From an uncultured Candidatus Rokubacteria bacterium (GTDB lineage Bacteria > Methylomirabilota > Methylomirabilia > Rokubacteriales > CSP1-6), in the NCBI GenBank assembly GCA_963762145.1, contig CAVXJS010000022.1, positions 32,001 to 96,000 of the forward strand: 64,000 bases of DNA. The letters run 5' to 3'. Positions 57,740-64,000 of this stretch are shown piece by piece. The notes beneath the pieces are model-generated. The model made no database searches, was not told the DNA's origin, and saw nothing but the letters and a program-made list of their open reading frames with translations. Every line of letters begins with the position of its first letter. The stretch's first letter is position 1. A program made the position numbers and the translations under genes.

Positions 57740-58955
57740 CGGTCTTGGGATCCGGGAGGAACAGGGCGACCAGGAAGCCGGCCAGGGGCATGACCGCGGA
57801 GATGCCGAGAGCCGCCGTGAGCCCCCAGTGATCGGCCACCCATCCGAGCGCGCTCGCGCCGACGCCGCCCGCGCCGATCGCGAAGCCGACGATGAGCCCG
57901 GAGGCCATGCCCGGATGCTTGGGCAGGTAGGCCTGGCCGAGCACCACCGACACCGTGAAGGTCGAGACGAGCACGAACCCCAGCAGGGCCAGGAGCACGA
58001 ACACGAGGGGGCCGCCGCTCACGAACAGGAAGCCCATCGCGAGCGGGGTGGCGAGGAGGAACACGCTGACCACGTAGCGTCGCACGCCGACCCGGTCCGC
58101 GATGGGACCGGCCACCAGGGTGCCGATGACGCCCGCGCCGAGGAACACCGCGAGCAGGGTGCCGACCAGCCGCGGATCACCGTGCAGCACATCCTTCCAG
58201 TAGAACGGCATGAAGGTGGTGAAGCCGAGCTGCGTCCACGAGCGGATCGCGACCACCAGGATGAGCAGGCTCATCGCGCCCACCATGGTCTGGGCGCCCG
58301 CGGCGCTCGCCCGGTCGCGGGCCACCGCGGGTGGCGGCGCGGACAGCCGCGGCAGCACCGCGGTGAGCAGCCCGGCCATCAGCAGCCCCGGGACCAGCAT
58401 GCCGAGGCTGCCCGGCAGGCCGTAGGTGGTGAGCAGGACCGTGAGCAGCGGCGGGCCCAGCGCGATGCCGATATTGCCGCCGGTGGAGAAGATCGAGACG
58501 CCGGTGGCCTTGCGGTCGCCCGCCACCGCGGTGGCGGTGCGGTAGCCCTCCGGATGATACGCGGCGACGCCGAATCCGGTGATCATCACCAGCGCGAGCA
58601 CCGCGCCGTAAGACGGCGCCAGCCCCAGAAAGCCCAGGCCCACCGCGGAGAGCAGCACCGAGATCGGCAGCAGCCACCGCCGCGCCGTCTTGTCGGCCAG
58701 GTAGCCGAAGAGCGGCTGGATCAGCGACGAGGTGATGTTCGCCGCCAGGACGATGAAGCCGGTGGCCGCGTACGAGAGATTGAGCGCGTCCTTGAGGAAC
58801 GGCAGGATGACCGGGAACGAGCCCTGATTGATGTCGATGACCATGTGGCCCAGGGCCAGGAATCCCAGCAGCCGCATGTCCGGCTTGACGCGCGCGGCGG
58901 GGGCGGCGGCCGTCGCGGGCAGGGTAACGGCGGCGGCCGAGGAGTCGGGAGTCAT
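57726..58955 (-). CDS. MFS transporter, Fsr-like
   Basis: QPLFGYLADK, AAYHPEG, GGNIGIALGP; about 12 TM segments. Confidence 0.85.
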   Translation of the reverse strand: MTPDSSAAAVTLPATAAAPAARVKPDMRLLGFLALGHMVIDINQGSFPVILPFLKDALNLSYAATGFIVLAANITSSLIQPLFGYLADKTARRWLLPISVLLSAVGLGFLGLAPSYGAVLALVMITGFGVAAYHPEGYRTATAVAGDRKATGVSIFSTGGNIGIALGPPLLTVLLTTYGLPGSLGMLVPGLLMAGLLTAVLPRLSAPPPAVARDRASAAGAQTMVGAMSLLILVVAIRSWTQLGFTTFMPFYWKDVLHGDPRLVGTLLAVFLGAGVIGTLVAGPIADRVGVRRYVVSVFLLATPLAMGFLFVSGGPLVFVLLALLGFVLVSTFTVSVVLGQAYLPKHPGMASGLIVGFAIGAGGVGASALGWVADHWGLTAALGISAVMPLAGFLVALFLPDPKTGGAG

Positions 58956-58974
58956 AGGGGCCTATGCTACACCA

Positions 58975-59009
58975 CCCTCTCCCCAGCGGGGAGAGGGCAG
59001 GGTGAGGGG
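58975..59009 (-). repeat. REP-like palindromic repeat, copy 3
   Basis: Minus strand CCCCTCACCCTG-CCCTCTCCCC-GCT-GGGGAGAGGG. Confidence 0.75.
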
Positions 59010-59033
59010 TCAGATGCCGAGGGGTCAGATGCC
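59004..59033. repeat. 15-bp tandem duplication over the gcdH stop codon
   Basis: GAGGGGTCAGATGCC occurs twice in tandem. Confidence 0.8.
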
Positions 59034-60197
59034 GAAGGCGTCGAGCCCGGTGATGTCGCGGCCCACGATCAGGGTGTGGATGTCGTGCGTGCCCTCGTAG
59101 GTGTTCACCGTCTCCAGATTCATCATGTGCCGGATGATCGGGTGCTCGTCCACGATGCCGGCCGCGCCCAGGATGTCCCGCGCGAGCCGCGCGCCGTCGA
59201 GCGCCATCTGCACGTTGTTCATCTTGGCCATCGAGATCTGCTGCGGACGCACCCGGCCCGCGTCCTTCAGCTGGCCGAGCCGGAGACAGAGGAGCTGGGC
59301 CTTGGTGATCTCGGTGATCATCCAGACGAGCTTCTGCTGGACGAGCTGGAACGAGCCGATCGGCTTGTCGAACTGGATGCGCTGCTGGGAGTACTGCAGC
59401 GACCAGTCGTAGCACGCCATCGCGGCCCCGATCGCCCCCCACGCGATGCCGTAGCGCGCCTGGGAGAGGCAGGACAGCGGGCCCTTGAGCCCCTTCACCC
59501 CGGGCAGCTTGTTCTCCAGCGGGATGCGGCAGTCCGCGAAGGCCAGCTCCGAGGTGATCGACGCCCGCATCGAGAACTTCCCGTGGATGTCCATCGTGCT
59601 GTAGCCCGGCGTGCCCTTCTCGACGAGGTAGCCGCCGATCTCGCCGTCGTCGCCCTTGGCCCACACCACCGCCACGTCGGCCACCGAGCCGTTGGTGATC
59701 CAGAGCTTGGTCCCGTTGAGCACGTACTCGTCGCCCTTCTTCACGGCGCGCGTCTTCATCCCGCCCGGGTCCGAGCCGTGGTCGGGCTCGGTGAGGCCGA
59801 AGCAGCCGAGCGCGGCGCCGGACTGCAGGCGCGGAAGCCACCGCTCCTTCTGCGCGTCGGAGCCGTAGCTGTAGATCGGATACATGACGAGCCCGCTCTG
59901 CACCGAGGCGAAGGACCGCAGGCCCGAGTCGCCGCGCTCCAGCTCCTGCATGATGAGCCCGTAGGCCACGTTGTCGAGGCCGGCGCAGCCGTAGCCCTTC
60001 AGCGTGGCGCCGAACACGCCCATCTCGCCCAGGTCCTGCGCGAGCTCCATGGGGAAGGTGCCGTCGCGGTGGTGCTGGCTCACGACGGGGAGGAACTTCG
60101 CCTCGACCCAGTCGCGCACCGCGTCGCGCATCATGCGCTGCTCTTCGGTCAGGAGCTCGTCGAAGCCGTAGTAGTCCACGCCGCGGAACTTTTCCAT
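59025..60197 (-). CDS. gcdH: Glutaryl-CoA dehydrogenase-like acyl-CoA dehydrogenase
   Basis: ELERGDSGLRS, CFGLTEPDHGSDP, WITNG, NTYEGTHDIH. Confidence 0.85.
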   Translation of the reverse strand: MEKFRGVDYYGFDELLTEEQRMMRDAVRDWVEAKFLPVVSQHHRDGTFPMELAQDLGEMGVFGATLKGYGCAGLDNVAYGLIMQELERGDSGLRSFASVQSGLVMYPIYSYGSDAQKERWLPRLQSGAALGCFGLTEPDHGSDPGGMKTRAVKKGDEYVLNGTKLWITNGSVADVAVVWAKGDDGEIGGYLVEKGTPGYSTMDIHGKFSMRASITSELAFADCRIPLENKLPGVKGLKGPLSCLSQARYGIAWGAIGAAMACYDWSLQYSQQRIQFDKPIGSFQLVQQKLVWMITEITKAQLLCLRLGQLKDAGRVRPQQISMAKMNNVQMALDGARLARDILGAAGIVDEHPIIRHMMNLETVNTYEGTHDIHTLIVGRDITGLDAFGI

Positions 60198-60223
60198 AAC
60201 GCTGTCCTTGCTCGGGGCTGGGG

Positions 60224-61631
60224 TTAGAGGTTGGTGGGGTGCGCGGGGCGGTCCTCGCCGAGCGCCTCGTTCAGGGCGCGGGCGAGCTGCTGATCGTGCT
60301 CGTGGCTCATCGCGAAGATCCGGCACTGGGCGACCTTGCCGGGCAGGTACTTCAGCAGCTCCTTGAGCGGCTCGGCCGACACGCTGCGGTCCGCCGCGTC
60401 GTACACGTAGATCTGCCGGTCCTTCATGCCGATCGGGTTCAGCGGGCGCGGGTCCTGCTGGGCCATGTCGATCTTGAACGGGAAGTTGCGAAGGCCGGGC
60501 GGCAGGCAGATCCTTCACCCGCTGCTCGACCTCCTCCGCCTTCATGAAGCTCTGGCCCCGCCGCGGCTCGAAGAGATCGAGGACCACCTCATGCGACATG
60601 CGCCACTTGAGCCGGCGGTCGAGGATCTGCCGCCACTCCCGGCCGAGGTCCCGGCGCTCCCCGTCGTCGGAGTGCTCCCAGCGCGCGACCTCCTCGAGCA
60701 GCGTCCACTCCGTCATGTTGCAGGTACGGCTGGAGCTCCTTGTTGAGGTCGTGGGGGAAGATCAGCCGCATGGTGTCGCGGAAGATGTCCTTGAGATGCA
60801 GGTCGATGCCGCGCGTGGTCCGGTGGTAGTAGACGTTGGTGTAGAGGTAGAACCGCGCGTTCAGGAACATGATGAACGCCTGGATCCCGCCGCGGTCGAG
60901 CGTGAGCCCCTTCTCGCTGAAGAAGGAGTAGTACATGATGCGCTCGATGTCGATCGGCCCCACCGCGACCCCGCACATGTAGGAGTCGCGCAGCACGTAG
61001 TCCATGTTGTCGGCGGTGTAGATGCCCGGAGAGCAGCGGCTTGAGATGCGCGAGCCAGCGCGGATGCTCGGCGGTGGGAAACGTGTAGCTCTTGCCCATC
61101 AGGTAGCAGATCCACTCGGGGTCGATGCGCTCGCCGCTCTCGAAGGGGCCCGACGGGCTGCGCCGGAGCCCGCGGATCAGCTCGCCCAGCTCCTCCCGGA
61201 TGATGCGCTGGCCGACCTTCTCGTGGGTGAGATCGAAGTCGGCCAGGAAGTTGTCGTCGAAGAAGTGGCCGAAGGGGCCGTGGCCCACGTCGTGGAGCAG
61301 ACCCGCCACGCGGAGCAGCTCCTCGAAGAGCGGCGCCGACGGCGCGTCGGAGAACTCGGCCTTGAGCGAGGCGTGGAGCTGCTGGGCGAAGCGCCCGGCC
61401 AGGTGCATCGCGCCCAGCGAGTGCTGGAAGCGGCTGTGCTCGGCGGCCGGGAATACCCAGCGCGCGGACTGCAGCTGCGGCACGCGCCGCAGGCGCTGCA
61501 TCCACGGCCGAGTCGATGAGGTCCTGCTCGGTGGCTTCCCCGGGGACCCCGTCGGGCCGCGTGTAGAGGATGTACTGATGAATGGGGTCGGCGATGAGAC
61601 CACGACCCTGGTAGGTGTCCACGCCCTTCAT
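60224..61631 (-). CDS. HD-domain phosphohydrolase (SAMHD1/dNTPase-like); frameshifts
   Basis: DPIHQYI, EHSRFQHSLG, LLHDVGHGPFGH, DNMDYVLRDS, VYYHRT. Confidence 0.88.
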
Positions 61632-61645
61632 GGCTAGAGCCTAAC

Positions 61646-62672
61646 CTACTTGTCGGAGGTCCGATAGAAACGGTAGCGATCCATCGGCCGCACCGCGATG
61701 GCCTCCGTCGCGCCGGCGCGGCGGACGGTCACCCGCACGTCCTGATCCATCGGCGCCTGCCAGAGCTCGCGGTAGAAATCCTCGCGGCTCGCCACCTGCC
61801 GCCCGTTGAGCTGGACGATCACGTCGCCCGCCCGCAGGCCCGCGGCCCGCGCCGGGCTCGAGCGGCGACATGCCGGCCACCACGACGCCGCCGTCCACCG
61901 ACTCCGTGTAGAGACCGAGCCAGGGCGCGGGGCGCGCGGCTCGTCGACGCGGCCCTGCGCCAGCAGCTCGTCCTTGCCGGCGAGGAACTTGTCGATCGGG
62001 ATGGCCAGGTTGACGTGGGGCGCCTCGCCCAGGCGCAGCGAGGTGACGCCGATCACGCTGCCCGCGGCGTTGACGAGCGCGGCGCCGCCGAAGGCGGCAT
62101 TGTACGGGGTCACGATGAAGGCGCGGTCCAGCATGTACTCCCAGGCGGCCGCGAACGGCCGCACCGCCTGGACCCGGCTCGGGGTGGCCACCAGGTCGCC
62201 GTCGTCCGACACGCCCACCGTGCCGGTGGTGTCGCCGGCCGTGACCATCGTCGAGTCGCCCAGGGTCGCGGCCGGCCACGGCCCGCGGCCCTCGAGCTGG
62301 GCCACCCCGACCCCGACCTCGAGATCGAGCCCGACGAGCCGCGCGGGTACCTTGCGTCCGTCGCGGAGCGAGACCTCGATGCGTGAGGCGTCGAGCAGGA
62401 CATAGCTCACGGTCAGGAGGTAAGCCCTGGTCGGCGTCGAAGATGACGCCGCTGCCCCAGCGCTCGACGCCGAGCGTGGCCGCCGACGGCCGGTCACGCG
62501 GCACCTCTACCCGGAGCCCCACCACCGCCGGCTCGACGCGGCGGATCTGGGAGGCGAGTGGAGAGATCTGACGCGGGTCGAGGCGGCGGTCGGCGTCGCG
62601 GGGCGCGGCCGCCGCGGGGAGGGCCAGGGCCAGCAGGCCGACAGCCGCCCAGCGGATCGGCGCGCGCGACAT
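61646..62672 (-). CDS. S1C (HtrA-like) trypsin-fold + PDZ protein, probably catalytically dead
   Basis: Signal peptide, GSGVI, LTVSYV in place of LTNxHV, AAFGGAAL in place of GNSGG, PDZ AGLRAGDVI. Confidence 0.75.
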
Positions 62673-62677
62673 GCCGG

Positions 62678-63678
62678 TTACCTCGCGGTGTACTGCGTCT
62701 GGTAGTACTGCCGGAACGCGCCCGACTTGATGGGCTTCCACCACGCGTCGTGCGCCCGGTACCACTCCACGGTCTCGGCCAGCGCCTGGTCGAAGCTCGC
62801 GGCGGGCGCCCAGCCGAGCGCGCGGACCTTGCTCGAGTCGAGCGCGTAGCGGCGGTCGTGCCCGGGCCGGTCCGCCACCGGCGTGATCAGGCTCTCCGGC
62901 TTGCCGAGCAGGCTCAGGATCCGGTGCGTGAGCGTCACGTTCTGCACTTCCGCGGCGCCCCCGATGTTGTAGATCTCGCCGTCCACGCCCCTTGCGGAGG
63001 ACGAGGTCGATCGCCGCGCAGTTGTCGAGCACGTAGAGCCAGTCGCGCACGTTGCGGCCGTCGCCGTAGAGCGGCAGCGCGCGATCCTCGATCGCGTTGG
63101 TGACGAAGAGCGGGATGACCTTCTCCGGATACTGGTACGGCCCGAAGTTGTTGCTGCTGCGGGTGACGAGCACGGGCAGGTGATGGGTGGTCCAGTAGGC
63201 GCGGGCCAGGAGATCCGCGGCCGCCTTCGAGGCCGAGTACGGATTCGACGGATTCAGCACGTCGCTCTCGCGGGCCGCGCCCTCCGCGATGCTCCCGTAC
63301 ACCTCGTCGGTGCTCACCGCGAGGAAGCGGCCGATCTTGAGCTCGCGCGCGGCCTCCAGCAGGGTGAAGGTGCCGGTCACGTTGGTCCGGAGGAAGTCGT
63401 CGGCGCCCAGGTTCGAGCGGTCCACGTGGGTCTCGGCCGCGAAGTGCACGACCGCGTCCATCCCGGCCATGGCCTCGCGAACCACCGCGCGCGTCGCAGA
63501 TGTCGCCCTTGACGAACCGGTAGCGGGGATTCGTCTCGACGTCGCGCAGGTTCTCGAGATTCCCCGCGTAGGTGAGCTTGTCGAGATTGACGACCGCGTC
63601 GCCGGGATGGCGCGCCAGGACGTGGCGGACGAAGTTGGAGCCGATGAAGCCGGCGCCGCCGGTGACGAGGATCTTCAT
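62678..63678 (-). CDS. rfbB: dTDP-glucose 4,6-dehydratase (frameshifts)
   Basis: [43 protein letters not shown]. Confidence 0.93.
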
Positions 63679-63679
63679 C

Positions 63680-64000
63680 CTATCCCCGGGTGACGTCCCA
63701 GATGTCGGCCCCGGCGAAGTCCCAGGGCAGCCGCCCCTCTTCGGTCTGATCCGGATCCGCCGAGAACTGCACGTCCACGAAGTAGATGATGCGGCCGCGC
63801 GATGGCCGCGAGGTTCTTCACCCCGTGGGCGACCCCGGGGGGGATCCGCAGCAGCCGCGTCTGGCCGTCGCCGAGCACGATCCGGCGCTGGGCCCCGTGC
63901 GTCCGGCTGTGGGCCCGCACGTCCAGCAGCACCACCAGCATCTTGTCGCCGGGCGGCACGAACCACACGTCGGTCTGGCGGCGGTGCAGGTGAAACGCCT
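63680..64000 (-). CDS. rfbC: dTDP-4-dehydrorhamnose 3,5-epimerase family protein (5' truncated by the window)
   Basis: [12 protein letters not shown] and IPPGVAHG cupin motifs; adjacent to rfbB. Confidence 0.75.

Noticed and set aside
59025-60716. Apparent HD-acyl-CoA dehydrogenase fusion
   Set aside because: Caused by a frameshift near 60510. The HD C-terminus ends at 60224 in another frame.

Overview
A 64-kb, very GC-rich bacterial chromosomal window with about 55 CDS and 2 tRNAs. I see no rRNA, CRISPR array, integrase or transposase. The gene repertoire (two Liv-type ABC operons, a zinc-ribbon/class III cyclase/AAA/TPR protein, many catabolic enzymes) suggests Ca. Rokubacteria/Methylomirabilota; this is inference only. 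Many genes carry clustered single-base frameshifts, mostly insertions, typical of an unpolished long-read assembly, so several long ORFs and apparent fusions in the ORF track are artefacts. Content includes redox genes (trxA, ahpC, ahpD, tpx, sthA), shc, glgP, a hexaheme ActA-like cytochrome, glycosyltransferases, an amide/cyclic-amide catabolic cluster, greA, trmI, gcdH, an HD hydrolase and rfbBC. The most interesting observations are: (1) an orphan DGQHR (DndB/ParB-like) gene whose promoter region carries a DnaA-box cluster plus two NrdR-box-like sites 32 bp apart, the layout usually found at ribonucleotide reductase promoters; (2) a free-standing HTH-LAGLIDADG endonuclease gene ending 17 bp before an intact tRNA-Leu(CAA); (3) a 156-bp element with 37-bp terminal inverted repeats bearing G-quadruplex motifs; (4) repeated leaderless-type promoters; (5) an ABC operon split by a glycosyltransferase-methyltransferase pair.
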